64,000 nucleotides of DNA. Origin: Candidatus Latescibacterota bacterium (GTDB lineage Bacteria; Latescibacterota; UBA2968; UBA8231). A program made the translations under genes and the position numbers. Of this stretch, positions 1 to 9,324 are shown piece by piece. The stretch is from positions 416,001 to 480,000 of the forward strand of contig CBDAOB010000005.1 of the NCBI GenBank assembly GCA_965197905.1, written 5' to 3'. Each line of letters starts with the position of its first letter. Within the stretch, counting starts at the first letter, position 1. The notes beneath the pieces are model-generated. The model was not told where the DNA came from. It did not search any database and saw only the letters and a list, made by a program, of their open reading frames with translations.

Positions 1-2
1 GA

Positions 3-1169
3 AGCGCGGAGCCACCCTTCTTTGCCTATATGGGTACCAACGCTCCGCACAACCCGCTGGACGTGGCCGAGGACTGGAGCGCGCCTTACCGGGACATGGG
101 GCTCAACGAACCCCTCGCCCGGCTCTACGGCATGGTCGAGAATATCGACTACAATCTTGGTCGGCTGACGCAGAAACTGGAGGATCTCGGCGTCGCCGAG
201 GATACGATCATCATCTACACCTCCGACCACGGCCCGTGTCGGTCATCGCCGGATGAACGCGGCAGGATCCGCTTTAACGCGGGCCTCAGGGGCTCAAAGA
301 TGGAATTGTATGAAGGCGGGATCAAGGTTCCCTTTTTCGTTCGCTGGCCTGGAAAGATAGCTGCGGGTCGGGATCTCGACCGCATCGCCAATCCAATAGA
401 TCTGTTGCCGACGGCATGTTCAGCGGCCGTTATTGACCCGCCGATGGATCGGACTATTGACGGCCTGAACCTCTTGCCTCTGCTCAAAGGCGAAACGGAG
501 GTTACAGCCTGGCCGGAGCGCACTATCTGCATGCAGTGGCACCGTGGGGATGCCGCGGAACGTTACCGCAACTACGCCGCCATCAGCCAGCGCTACAAGC
601 TGCTCCGACCCAGGGGTGATCAAGAGGACGAGCTTTACGATCTAGAAAGTGATGCGGCGGAAGAGCGCGACATAAGCCGTGAGCATCCCGAAGTAGTTGC
701 ATCCATGCGGCACGAGTATGACCGCTGGTTCGACGATGTGTCCAGCACGCGGCCTGACAACTTCGCGGCGCCGCGCATCATCATTGGGAGCGAGCACGAA
801 AATCCCACCAGGCTGACCCGTCAGGACTGGCGCCTCTATGGCGAGGAGGAGGGGTGGGACGCAGATCATCCTGGATTCTGGACGGTCGAGATTGCCGCAA
901 AAGGGATCTACTCTCTACTCATAGAGACGGAATATCTTGCGGGCATGAGTAACGCCACCCTGCATTTCAGATGCGGCGACCTGCGCATCGAACACAAAAT
1001 AATCTGTCGCGACGATGTTCCCCACTCATCAAACAGAGACCGGGGAGAATTCGCCTTTGAAAGGGTCGAGCTCGGACGCGGCGAGCACACGTTGGAGGCC
1101 TACCTCGAACTGGAAGGGCAAAAAAGGGGGGTACGACGAGTAACTATTGGGAAGCGCTCGAGGTACTGA
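3..1169 (+). CDS. Arylsulfatase/sulfatase family protein, C-terminal part (5'-truncated by window edge)
   Basis: Open frame from position 3 (SAEPPFFAYM...). Sulfatase motifs include PHNPL, YGMVENIDYNLGR, TIIIYTSDHG, LRGSK..LYEGGIKVPF, IDG.NLLPLL and ELYDL..D..E. Confidence 0.9.
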   Translation, partial: SAEPPFFAYMGTNAPHNPLDVAEDWSAPYRDMGLNEPLARLYGMVENIDYNLGRLTQKLEDLGVAEDTIIIYTSDHGPCRSSPDERGRIRFNAGLRGSKMELYEGGIKVPFFVRWPGKIAAGRDLDRIANPIDLLPTACSAAVIDPPMDRTIDGLNLLPLLKGETEVTAWPERTICMQWHRGDAAERYRNYAAISQRYKLLRPRGDQEDELYDLESDAAEERDISREHPEVVASMRHEYDRWFDDVSSTRPDNFAAPRIIIGSEHENPTRLTRQDWRLYGEEEGWDADHPGFWTVEIAAKGIYSLLIETEYLAGMSNATLHFRCGDLRIEHKIICRDDVPHSSNRDRGEFAFERVELGRGEHTLEAYLELEGQKRGVRRVTIGKRSRY

Positions 1170-1202
1170 CAACCGATCATTCGTCCGGAAAACTCCGAAC
1201 CG

Positions 1203-2108
1203 CTAGATCCGGTACAACGCTTCGGCGTTTTTCGAAAACATTGCGTTTTGCTCCGAGTCGCTGAAATCGGCGATGATCTCGGTATAGGCGTCGACGAGCA
1301 CGTCGTAGGTGCTGAATAGCCAGTCGACTGGCCAGTTGCTTGCAAAGAAACACCTGCCCGGGCCAAAGGTTTCTATGGAGTGCAGCACGTAGGGCCGGAT
1401 GCTGTCAACGCTCCAGTTGTTGTCACCCATGCCCATGCCGGAAATCTTCCACGAAATGTTGTCCGCCTGCGATGCGGCAACTACGCCCTGCTTCCAATTC
1501 TGGAAGTACTCGTAGTTGCGTTCGGTTGGGAAACCCGTGTGATCGACCACAATCGCGATGTTCGGGAACCTGGAGGCGAGGTCGCGCAACTTTTTCATCT
1601 CCTGCCACTCGACCGCGATACTGGCAACCAGGTTGTAACGTTCGAGCAGGGCAAAGCCGCGGTGGAATTCCGGTTCAACCAGGTAGTCGCCGTATGAGAA
1701 GTCGCGAACCCCTCGCATGTTGGCGAATTCGCAGTGTCGGACCAGGATCTCCTCCACATTCGAGCTGCGCAGATCGGCCTCGGCAACAATACCGCTTGGG
1801 TATCCAGTACGTTCTGCGGCCTCCTGGAGCCACTCGGTCTCCTTGACGGGATCTTCGGTTCCGATGGCTGCCTGAACGTGGATTGATTTGACCACGTTCG
1901 AATCTCGCGTCTCCACAATATAGTCTTCTGCCAGGTAGTTCCGTTCTGCCAGCTTCTGAATCTGTTCGCCGAGGAACGCGTGCGGAACACCAGGTTGCCA
2001 ATGACCGTAGTGCAGCACAGGGTGCTGCATGTCGTAATAATAGACGTGTGCGTCGACGAACTCCAGCTTGTTCAGGAGGCACTCCGGGGTACACGTTCCA
2101 TCAATCAC
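1203..2108 (-). CDS. Amidohydrolase_2 family protein (L-fuconolactonase-like lactonase)
   Basis: Motifs FVDAHV.., SIHVQA, RGVR, VVDHTGFP, WKISG and FGPGRCFFASNWPVD. Start uncertain: GTG 2108 or CTG 2075 after GGAG. Confidence 0.85.
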   Translation of the reverse strand: MIDGTCTPECLLNKLEFVDAHVYYYDMQHPVLHYGHWQPGVPHAFLGEQIQKLAERNYLAEDYIVETRDSNVVKSIHVQAAIGTEDPVKETEWLQEAAERTGYPSGIVAEADLRSSNVEEILVRHCEFANMRGVRDFSYGDYLVEPEFHRGFALLERYNLVASIAVEWQEMKKLRDLASRFPNIAIVVDHTGFPTERNYEYFQNWKQGVVAASQADNISWKISGMGMGDNNWSVDSIRPYVLHSIETFGPGRCFFASNWPVDWLFSTYDVLVDAYTEIIADFSDSEQNAMFSKNAEALYRI

Positions 2109-2313
2109 CTCTCTTCTGTGGGTACCACCCACCAAACCTAAACGCTTCGTAACGAAACCGGGGCGTCCTTCCTCTGGTGATAGCAATCGTGAGGGATTCT
2201 AGCGACTCGTTGGGCGGGTGTCAACGCGTCGCTTGACCAACTCTCCGAGACTCACCAAGTTTTCACGGCAATGCGGGGCGATGCCTCGTCACCCACTTAG
2301 CTTTCTCAGAGTT

Positions 2314-3396
2314 ATGACTATATCGAAACGATTTTCGGAAACCCGCTTTGCTGCCGGTGTCGTCGGCAGCCTGCCACGCCCCCTGATGGTCAAGGAGATG
2401 CTGCCGGAGGTGCCCGGCGCGGATTCAGTTGAGGTGGCCCAATCGCCGCAGATGGATGCGGCCGTTCGCTACGCCATCACCATGCAGGAGTTGGCCGGGC
2501 TCGACCTCGTTAGCGATGGGGAGTGGCGCCGCCACGCCTATACCCACGTCATCGCCGACATCGCCAACGGCTTTGCAGCTGACCACCGCACTGAAATGCA
2601 ACGTTGGGGCATCTCCGTCAGCGAGCCGATGGAGGTGGTGCGGCCTGGACTGATCGCCGAAGAAGCCCGCTTTCTCGTCGCCGCTACCGACCGGATGACC
2701 AAGGTTTGTGTACCTTCGCCTTATCTGCTCGGCGTCCGGCTTTGGGAACAGGAGTTTTCTTCCAGGTCCTATGCCACGCGCGATAATTTCATCGATGCCC
2801 TCGTGCCGATTCTCCGACATGAGTTGCTTGAGGTGCAGAGGACGGGAGTCACGGTGGTGCAGATCGACGAGCCGCACCTGTGCGTGCTGGTCGATCCGGA
2901 GTACCGGAATTCCTTCGAGGACGCCCAATACGAGATGGACTTGGCTGCCGACAAGATTAACGAGATGTTGGATGGCGTCGAAGGGGTGCAGACAGCGCTT
3001 CACCTGTGCCGGCGAAACTGGGGGCGCAAAGGCTGGGGCGCGGAAGGCGGCTACGATCCGATCATCGAAACCATGAAGAAGATCGCAGTAGATCAGTACG
3101 TAATGGAGTTCAGCATCCCCGTCGCCGGCGACGGGGCCATTCTACAGGAGCTGCCGGAAGACAAGCTCATCGGCCTGGGTGCGGTTGAGTGCCGTTTCGA
3201 GAAGATCGATTCGACGGATGAAATCGTCGGTAGGGTGGAAGAGGCGCTGAAATATGTGGGGCCGGAACGGTTGAGCATCAATCCCGATTGCGGCTTCTCT
3301 CCCGGCCTCGAAGGTGCCATGCCGCTGGAAGAGCCGTACCAGAAGCTGAAAAACGAAGCTGACGCGGCCCGGCGGCTGCGGCAGCTGTATGGATAG
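2314..3396 (+). CDS. Cobalamin-independent methionine synthase II family protein (MetE C-terminal barrel only)
   Basis: Motifs VVGSLPRP, SDGEWRR and VQIDEP. Zn ligands HLC...E...NPDCGF. ATG 2314 chosen as start. Confidence 0.85.
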   Translation: MTISKRFSETRFAAGVVGSLPRPLMVKEMLPEVPGADSVEVAQSPQMDAAVRYAITMQELAGLDLVSDGEWRRHAYTHVIADIANGFAADHRTEMQRWGISVSEPMEVVRPGLIAEEARFLVAATDRMTKVCVPSPYLLGVRLWEQEFSSRSYATRDNFIDALVPILRHELLEVQRTGVTVVQIDEPHLCVLVDPEYRNSFEDAQYEMDLAADKINEMLDGVEGVQTALHLCRRNWGRKGWGAEGGYDPIIETMKKIAVDQYVMEFSIPVAGDGAILQELPEDKLIGLGAVECRFEKIDSTDEIVGRVEEALKYVGPERLSINPDCGFSPGLEGAMPLEEPYQKLKNEADAARRLRQLYG

Positions 3397-5080
3397 CGCT
3401 GAGTCGATGGCTGGCTCCCGTGAACGTCTCCCAGGGCCACTCCCTACTTCGTCGCCAAAGACGACTCACCAGCCATGCCTCGTTCTCAGCAGTGAGGACC
3501 ACGAACACTTCGTCGAACACGGTTATGTGGTTGTGCACGATGCCGTGCCGCCGGAAACCATCGCGGCAGCGGTCGCGGCCCTGGAGGATGACGGGTCCGA
3601 TCCCGACCACCGACGGGAGGCCGTGGCAGCATGTTTCACCGAAATGATGCTGGACGCCATCGGCGAACTGTTCGGTACCGCCTACCCGTTTCAACGCCGG
3701 CCTGCCGGTTACGATATGCCGCGTCCGTACGAGCCGGATGTTTCGTGGCCGCTGCCGAGCGCCCACGTAGACGACTGCTATCCTACTATGATGCCCAATG
3801 GCTGGGCCCTGGGGTCCTTCGTCTTTCTCACGCCAGTGCGGTCCCACGGCGGCGCCTTCATCTGTTTCCCGGGATCACACCGGCGCTACCGCATGGTGAT
3901 GTCGCGCGGCTGGCAAGGCATAAAGGAGGTCGTCCCGGAGCTCGAGCATGCCGGTCCGGGACACGAGTTCCTGGCCGACCCGGGCGACGTTCTGCTCTTC
4001 CACCACATTCTAGGTCACACGGGCTCCAACAACACCGTCGATCCCTCCACTCGTCACGCACTTTTGTCACGCTGGCTGCCCAATCGTCGAATAGTGCCCG
4101 GGGCCAAGCCGTTCGATCGCATGTCAACCATCGAAAAAGTCAATTCGGCGCGTTATCTGGCGCACCGATTCCACATCGATCTGCCCGTGCACTCGTCGCC
4201 ACCTACCGAGCGTGCCGCCAGGGCGCTGGCCGACGGCGTCGCACCCTGGGATGACGTCATCGGTATGGCCCTCCTCCACTTCGGCTGTGGCGGCCATCTG
4301 TTCTACAACGAAACCTCGGCGCCCGGTCTCGTGCAGCGTCTGGTCAGCGAGGATCTCATCGACTGGCGGCGGACCGAGCCTATCGACCTGAGGATCGGTC
4401 CCATCCGCGCCCTGCAGTTTCATCAATACGGCAGCATGGCGATCCTGGGAGCCAGCACCGCCGCCGCCCCCCCGCGGATGGTTCTGTATGCTTCAACGGA
4501 CATGGATCAGTGGACCGAGCTGGCTGCCATCGACGGCTGTTCCACCGGAACTCCCTGGTATATCTATCCTAAATATCCAAGCGTCGTGGCTGGAGGGCAG
4601 GCCGTGTATTTCGTGCCGTCAGGGCATAATTCGCAGGTGCTCTGCTCCTGGGGCGAAGAGTGGAGCGGGGCAAGTGATTGGAAACCAAGGTCGGTGGCGG
4701 TAGACACCGAAGATGGCCGCGAGATCCAGGACGTGACCGTGGATATACACCACGGCGATTCAGGGTGTACGATCGTGGTGGATGTTAGGGGAGGCAGCCA
4801 CGCTGCGGAATCGGAACCTCACTACGCGCAGCCGAAGGACATCGCCGTGGCGGACGGGCCGCTACGGCCGTTGGCCCACTCCTGTGCCACTCCGCCGAGC
4901 CAGATCAGGATCTTCAATCGGGCGCAGGGCTACTGGATGATGACCTATCTTCGCCGGCACCAGGGTCAGAAGCGTCTGTTCTGGGGGTATATAGATTGGG
5001 AGGAGGAAGCGCCCGCCCTGCGGCAGCTGGCCACCGTCGAGGCGTTCGAAAACGCCAAAGCGATTGTGGGGATGATCTGA
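3389..5080 (+). CDS. Phytanoyl-CoA dioxygenase (PhyH) family domain fused to a C-terminal beta-rich domain
   Basis: N-terminal half has HFVEHGYVVVHDAV, HVD, FPGSH and GDVLLFHH..GH. The C-terminal ~300 aa contain SEDLIDW and STDMDQW motifs typical of propeller folds. Confidence 0.75.
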   Translation: MDSAESMAGSRERLPGPLPTSSPKTTHQPCLVLSSEDHEHFVEHGYVVVHDAVPPETIAAAVAALEDDGSDPDHRREAVAACFTEMMLDAIGELFGTAYPFQRRPAGYDMPRPYEPDVSWPLPSAHVDDCYPTMMPNGWALGSFVFLTPVRSHGGAFICFPGSHRRYRMVMSRGWQGIKEVVPELEHAGPGHEFLADPGDVLLFHHILGHTGSNNTVDPSTRHALLSRWLPNRRIVPGAKPFDRMSTIEKVNSARYLAHRFHIDLPVHSSPPTERAARALADGVAPWDDVIGMALLHFGCGGHLFYNETSAPGLVQRLVSEDLIDWRRTEPIDLRIGPIRALQFHQYGSMAILGASTAAAPPRMVLYASTDMDQWTELAAIDGCSTGTPWYIYPKYPSVVAGGQAVYFVPSGHNSQVLCSWGEEWSGASDWKPRSVAVDTEDGREIQDVTVDIHHGDSGCTIVVDVRGGSHAAESEPHYAQPKDIAVADGPLRPLAHSCATPPSQIRIFNRAQGYWMMTYLRRHQGQKRLFWGYIDWEEEAPALRQLATVEAFENAKAIVGMI

Positions 5081-5103
5081 GATTTCCACACGCTCCGCGA
5101 GGG

Positions 5104-7077
5104 ATGAACAGGACTGACACAGCAAATATGCTGGTGGAATATTTCGAGCGCATGAGCACTCCAAAGCCGTTCACCATTCGCGCCGGGGATGAGCTGGAAG
5201 CCCATCAGGTCGATCTCAGGGAAAAGCTGCTCAAATCCATCAACTTGTATCCGACCCCCGAGCGGGTTCCACTGAATTTACGGGTCTCCGACGCCCTCAA
5301 TCACCCATGGTGCACCGTTCGCCATGTGTGCTACCAGCTCTGGCCGGAGATCTATTCAGACGGTTTCCTCTACCTTCCCAAGCGGTTCGCCGAAGAACCG
5401 GCACCGGGAATGCTGTGTCCCCACGGACATTGGGCTCATGGCGCGGCGGACGCGGCCGTACAGACTCGATGCCTGGTCTTCGCCAAGAAAGGGTACGTGG
5501 TTTTCTCATCCAGGCAGCACCACTTCGAGGATCTGCAGATCGGCGTGTCTCATCAAACCGTCATGGTATGGAACAATATGCGGGCCCTGGATTTTCTGTG
5601 CTCGCTCGACGAGGTCGACGACGCTCGCATCGGGTGCTGCGGCTGCTCGGGTGGCGGGCTGCAAACGGAGATGCTGGCTGCCCTCGACGAGCGGGTGAAC
5701 GCAGCGACCATCGTCGGGATGACCTGCGACTTCCGCGAGATTCTGTTTCCGCATAAAGCCCATTGCGCCTGCAACCACTTTCCGGATGTCATGCAGTATA
5801 CAGATCATCCAGAGATCAGCACCCTGAGGGCTCCCAGACCCATCCAGTACCTGACGATGGACGACTGGACCGCGACCTTCGAACAGACCAATTTCCCAAC
5901 CATTCGCGAGCTCTATGCGGCCGGCGAAGCGACCGACAAGACGGAGTGTACCTATTGGGAGACTCCACATTCCTACGATACCCCCAAGCGCGAGCGCACC
6001 TACTGGTGGATGGACCGGTGGCTGACCGATACCGCGGTCTCCAGCCCCGAAGGGGAACCTGCAGAGGTGGCGGTATTTCGGAAGGAACAATTTTATCAGC
6101 TCCAGGTGGAGGTGGATGGAGATCGGGGTATTTCGTCGGTCGGGGCTCATCTCCGCCACGTTCAAGGTTACCGGACTCCCGCCCTCAAGACGCGCCGCGA
6201 GTGGCAGCATTATCGCCGGGAGATGACGGCGATTTTGCGAGAATTGTTAGGAGAGAAGGCACGGCTCAGACGCCGAACAAGAAAACCCGAGAGACTCACC
6301 ACCGAAGAGTGGCATGAGTTGGAGGTCGAGCGGGTGCTCTATCCCAGCGAGGGATCCCTCAGGGTTTCCGCTGTGCTCCTGCGTTCAATCGAAGAGCAGG
6401 GCCGGCGGCCAGTGGTCGTGATTTGCGATGCCGCTGGCAAGGAGGCGACCCTCCAGCGTGCCGGCGCCGATTCCCCGGCAGTCCTTGCAAGGAACGGTGC
6501 GCTTGTCGCCCTGGTCGATGTCCGGTTTTCCGGAGCCCTGTCGTTGGCTGAGCTGTCGGGCGGAGTCCTGCAAGACTCTCTGCGGTTCAAGGCGGTGAGC
6601 ATGCCGGCAGCTTCAGAGAAGACCCGGCTGTCTTCGGTATGGTTCAGAAACTCAATCTTGTGGGGCAGGCCTCTGCCGGCAATGGCATGCACCGATATCC
6701 GCGCAGTATTGGATGGGCTCTCCACGCGCCGCGACGTCGACATTGAAAACGTTCGCATCGTCAGCCGCGGTTCGTTTCTGCTGGCGGCGGCTGCCCTTTT
6801 CGCGGCGATTCTCGACCGCCGCTTCGGGTTCGTGGATCTCGATCTTCTCCACTCCTGTTTCGCCAAGGTGGAAAAGGAGGGTGGTGATTCCAACCAGGAT
6901 GAGCCGGTGGTTGTACCCTTCATTCTGCAACACGGCGATATCCTTCAATGGGCTGCTCTCGCCGCCGACCGGCAACTCACCTTGCGTCACCTGCCGCAGG
7001 AGGCGGGGAGCATTGACTGGATGCAATCCGTGTTCTCGGTGCTCAACAACCCCGATGGACTCTCGGTGCCGCCGTGA
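5104..7077 (+). CDS. Alpha/beta-hydrolase (acetylxylan esterase/dienelactone hydrolase-like), two-domain
   Basis: Motifs PGMLCPHGH, RALDFL..VD..RIG and nucleophile GCSGGG. A second degenerate hydrolase domain follows. Confidence 0.8.
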   Translation: MNRTDTANMLVEYFERMSTPKPFTIRAGDELEAHQVDLREKLLKSINLYPTPERVPLNLRVSDALNHPWCTVRHVCYQLWPEIYSDGFLYLPKRFAEEPAPGMLCPHGHWAHGAADAAVQTRCLVFAKKGYVVFSSRQHHFEDLQIGVSHQTVMVWNNMRALDFLCSLDEVDDARIGCCGCSGGGLQTEMLAALDERVNAATIVGMTCDFREILFPHKAHCACNHFPDVMQYTDHPEISTLRAPRPIQYLTMDDWTATFEQTNFPTIRELYAAGEATDKTECTYWETPHSYDTPKRERTYWWMDRWLTDTAVSSPEGEPAEVAVFRKEQFYQLQVEVDGDRGISSVGAHLRHVQGYRTPALKTRREWQHYRREMTAILRELLGEKARLRRRTRKPERLTTEEWHELEVERVLYPSEGSLRVSAVLLRSIEEQGRRPVVVICDAAGKEATLQRAGADSPAVLARNGALVALVDVRFSGALSLAELSGGVLQDSLRFKAVSMPAASEKTRLSSVWFRNSILWGRPLPAMACTDIRAVLDGLSTRRDVDIENVRIVSRGSFLLAAAALFAAILDRRFGFVDLDLLHSCFAKVEKEGGDSNQDEPVVVPFILQHGDILQWAALAADRQLTLRHLPQEAGSIDWMQSVFSVLNNPDGLSVPP

Positions 7078-7173
7078 AGGGTACCGTGCAAACTGGGCGC
7101 CAGGGGGATTTATTGGCGATAGTAACCTCGAGAAAGGGACAAACAGCCGGGAGCTAAGCAGGAGACCTTTTCG

Positions 7174-8310
7174 ATGAAGATTACCGATCTTGAAACGATC
7201 GCCCTCAAGGATAGCGGGGCTGACGGCGAAACGATTGTACGGGTGCATACAGACACCGGGGTGACCGGCTTGGGCCAGGCCGAGTCACCTTCTCTGGTAA
7301 TCGATGCCGTTCTTCATTGTGAAGGCGGTCTAGAGCAACTCCTGCAGGGCGAGGATCCACTGCAGGTGGAGCGACTGTGGCAGAAGATGTATGCGGGTAC
7401 CGGCCTGTTCGGCCGCCGCGGCGTAACCATAGCGGCGATCGGCGCTGTCGAAACGGCGCTGTGGGATATCGCTGGCAAGGCACAAGGAAAGCCAGTTTGT
7501 GAGCTGATCTGGCAGGCTTGCTGCACCGTGCGCGACCTTGGAGATATCAAGGACAGAATTACGCCGTACGCCACCGTGTATTCACCTGGTGACACCATCG
7601 AAGAAACCCGGGAGCGTTTCGCGACGGTTGCCGAAAAAGGATTCCGTGCCGTCAAGCTAGAGGAGTGGCCCGGAGGATTTGCCCGGGTTGATCTCCAGCG
7701 TGATGTGGAGGTGACGCGGGCAGTTCGAGAGACCATTGGCCCGGACGTGGACCTGCTAATCGACGTCCAGAATCAGTGGCGCGAGGTCGGGCAAGCGGTG
7801 GAGACCATTCGCGCGATCGAGGAGTTTCGCCCGTTTTTCATCGAGGCGCCGCTGCCGGCGGACAATCTCGATGGCTACGCCCGACTGGCCGACACGGTAG
7901 ACACCCGGATTGCGGTGGGGGACTGGGGGTTTTCCACGCGCTTCGAATTCGAAGATATAATGAATCGTGGGCGGGTCGACGTGGTCCAACCGAGCGCGGT
8001 ACGCTCCGGAGGCATGCGGGAGATAAGCCGCATCGCCGAGGCGGCGTTTCGACGAGGTTTACTCTGCGTTCCTCACGCCTGGTGCCATATGGTGGGAGTA
8101 GCTGCGGAGATTCACCTGGCCGCCGTCTTGCCCAACATGCCGTATATCGAGACCCCAATGGCCTATCCGGACTCGCCGATTATCTCCGAACTGCTGGATC
8201 CGAAACCCAAGCTTGATGAAAACGGGCAGTTCGAAGTGCCTAAACGACCGGGGCTGGGATTCGAGCTGAATGAAGAAGTAGTGGCAAAGTTTCGGGTTGA
8301 TCCTTACTAG
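7174..8310 (+). CDS. Mandelate racemase/muconate lactonizing enzyme family (enolase superfamily)
   Basis: Motifs VRVHTDTGVTGLG, ETALWDIAGKA.GKPV, metal ligands D..E..D and PGLG. RBS GGAG upstream. Confidence 0.92.
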   Translation: MKITDLETIALKDSGADGETIVRVHTDTGVTGLGQAESPSLVIDAVLHCEGGLEQLLQGEDPLQVERLWQKMYAGTGLFGRRGVTIAAIGAVETALWDIAGKAQGKPVCELIWQACCTVRDLGDIKDRITPYATVYSPGDTIEETRERFATVAEKGFRAVKLEEWPGGFARVDLQRDVEVTRAVRETIGPDVDLLIDVQNQWREVGQAVETIRAIEEFRPFFIEAPLPADNLDGYARLADTVDTRIAVGDWGFSTRFEFEDIMNRGRVDVVQPSAVRSGGMREISRIAEAAFRRGLLCVPHAWCHMVGVAAEIHLAAVLPNMPYIETPMAYPDSPIISELLDPKPKLDENGQFEVPKRPGLGFELNEEVVAKFRVDPY

Positions 8311-8330
8311 AGGTCGTAGGGAGATCTGAC

Positions 8331-9164
8331 ATGGATTTCGTAAGAATCACTGGAGAACAACGCGCATCCTTTGACGAAAACGGTTTCCTCGTTGTGCCGG
8401 ACGTCATCGACGCGGACACCGTTGATGAACTGATCCAGGCCGGTGACCCGCTGATGACCGAATTTCTCCACACCGAAGGTGAATACTACCGCTCGCGTCG
8501 CGAAGAAATCGTGCAGCACGCGCCGTTCAGCGCTCTGATCTCTTATTCTCGCACGGTCCCTCTGGTTGTACAGCTGTTGACGCCTCAGATCCATCTCCAC
8601 ACTGCTTCGCTCATCTACAAGAAACCGCAGGATCCAGCTACGGCGCAGCAAGACAGGGGCTGGCACCGCGATATCGGCATTCAGGAGGATCTCGGACACG
8701 CCGGCTTGCCTCGCGTCGGCATAAAGGTCTGCTACTGTCTCACAGACTTCCACGAGCCGAACTCAGGGATGACCCTCTTGGCGCGCTCCACCAACCGGAG
8801 TCAGCGTGTCCTCCGCATCCCCGCGGGCGAGTGTGACCCTGAAGAAAAAGTCGATCCGATCCTGAACGCCGGCGACGCCATCCTCTTCGAGAATCGCACC
8901 TTCCATTCGGCGGCGCCCAACCTCAGCAGGCGTGTCTCCAAGGTGATCATGTATGGGTATGCCTATCGCTGGATGCGGCCCGACATCAATCTTGACCTGC
9001 TCGATACGAACGCTCCCTGGCTGCGGGAGCTGAGCGACATCGACAAGCAGCTTCTGGGCACCGATGGCTATCACGACCTTCTCAATCCAGCTCGTCCCCT
9101 GCTTGAGTGGGCGCATACTCATGGGGTGAACCAGCTGGCCGATTACAACGAAACTGAAGCTTGA
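8331..9164 (+). CDS. Phytanoyl-CoA dioxygenase (PhyH) family protein
   Basis: Motifs FDENGFLVVPDVI, WHRD and AGDAILF...TFHSA (HxD...H triad). Confidence 0.88.
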   Translation: MDFVRITGEQRASFDENGFLVVPDVIDADTVDELIQAGDPLMTEFLHTEGEYYRSRREEIVQHAPFSALISYSRTVPLVVQLLTPQIHLHTASLIYKKPQDPATAQQDRGWHRDIGIQEDLGHAGLPRVGIKVCYCLTDFHEPNSGMTLLARSTNRSQRVLRIPAGECDPEEKVDPILNAGDAILFENRTFHSAAPNLSRRVSKVIMYGYAYRWMRPDINLDLLDTNAPWLRELSDIDKQLLGTDGYHDLLNPARPLLEWAHTHGVNQLADYNETEA

Positions 9165-9242
9165 GGTGCCACCCTCGTAGAGGCGTAGCCTCTGCCAAGG
9201 GGTATGAGCACTTTCTTCCCACTGGGAAAGAAAGGCACCTCA
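9162..9242. other. Compact three-way-junction secondary structure between convergent genes
   Basis: Outer stem tgaggtgcc (9162-70)/ggcacctca (9234-42). Inner hairpins gtagaggc/gcctctgc (extended by accct/ggggt) and tttcttccc/gggaaagaaa. Confidence 0.55.
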
Positions 9243-9324
9243 GCCGGGTTCGATTGCGTCGGGAAGGAAGGCTGGAGGACTCGGAGGGATTTGTTAGTCC
9301 CCCGGAAAATATACGGAACCACTT

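Noticed and set aside
9162..9270. Hammerhead ribozyme or SRP RNA
   Set aside because: The hammerhead core CUGANGA and UH site are absent. The GGAAGGAAG at ~9262 lacks the SRP flanking CAGG/AGCAG helix.
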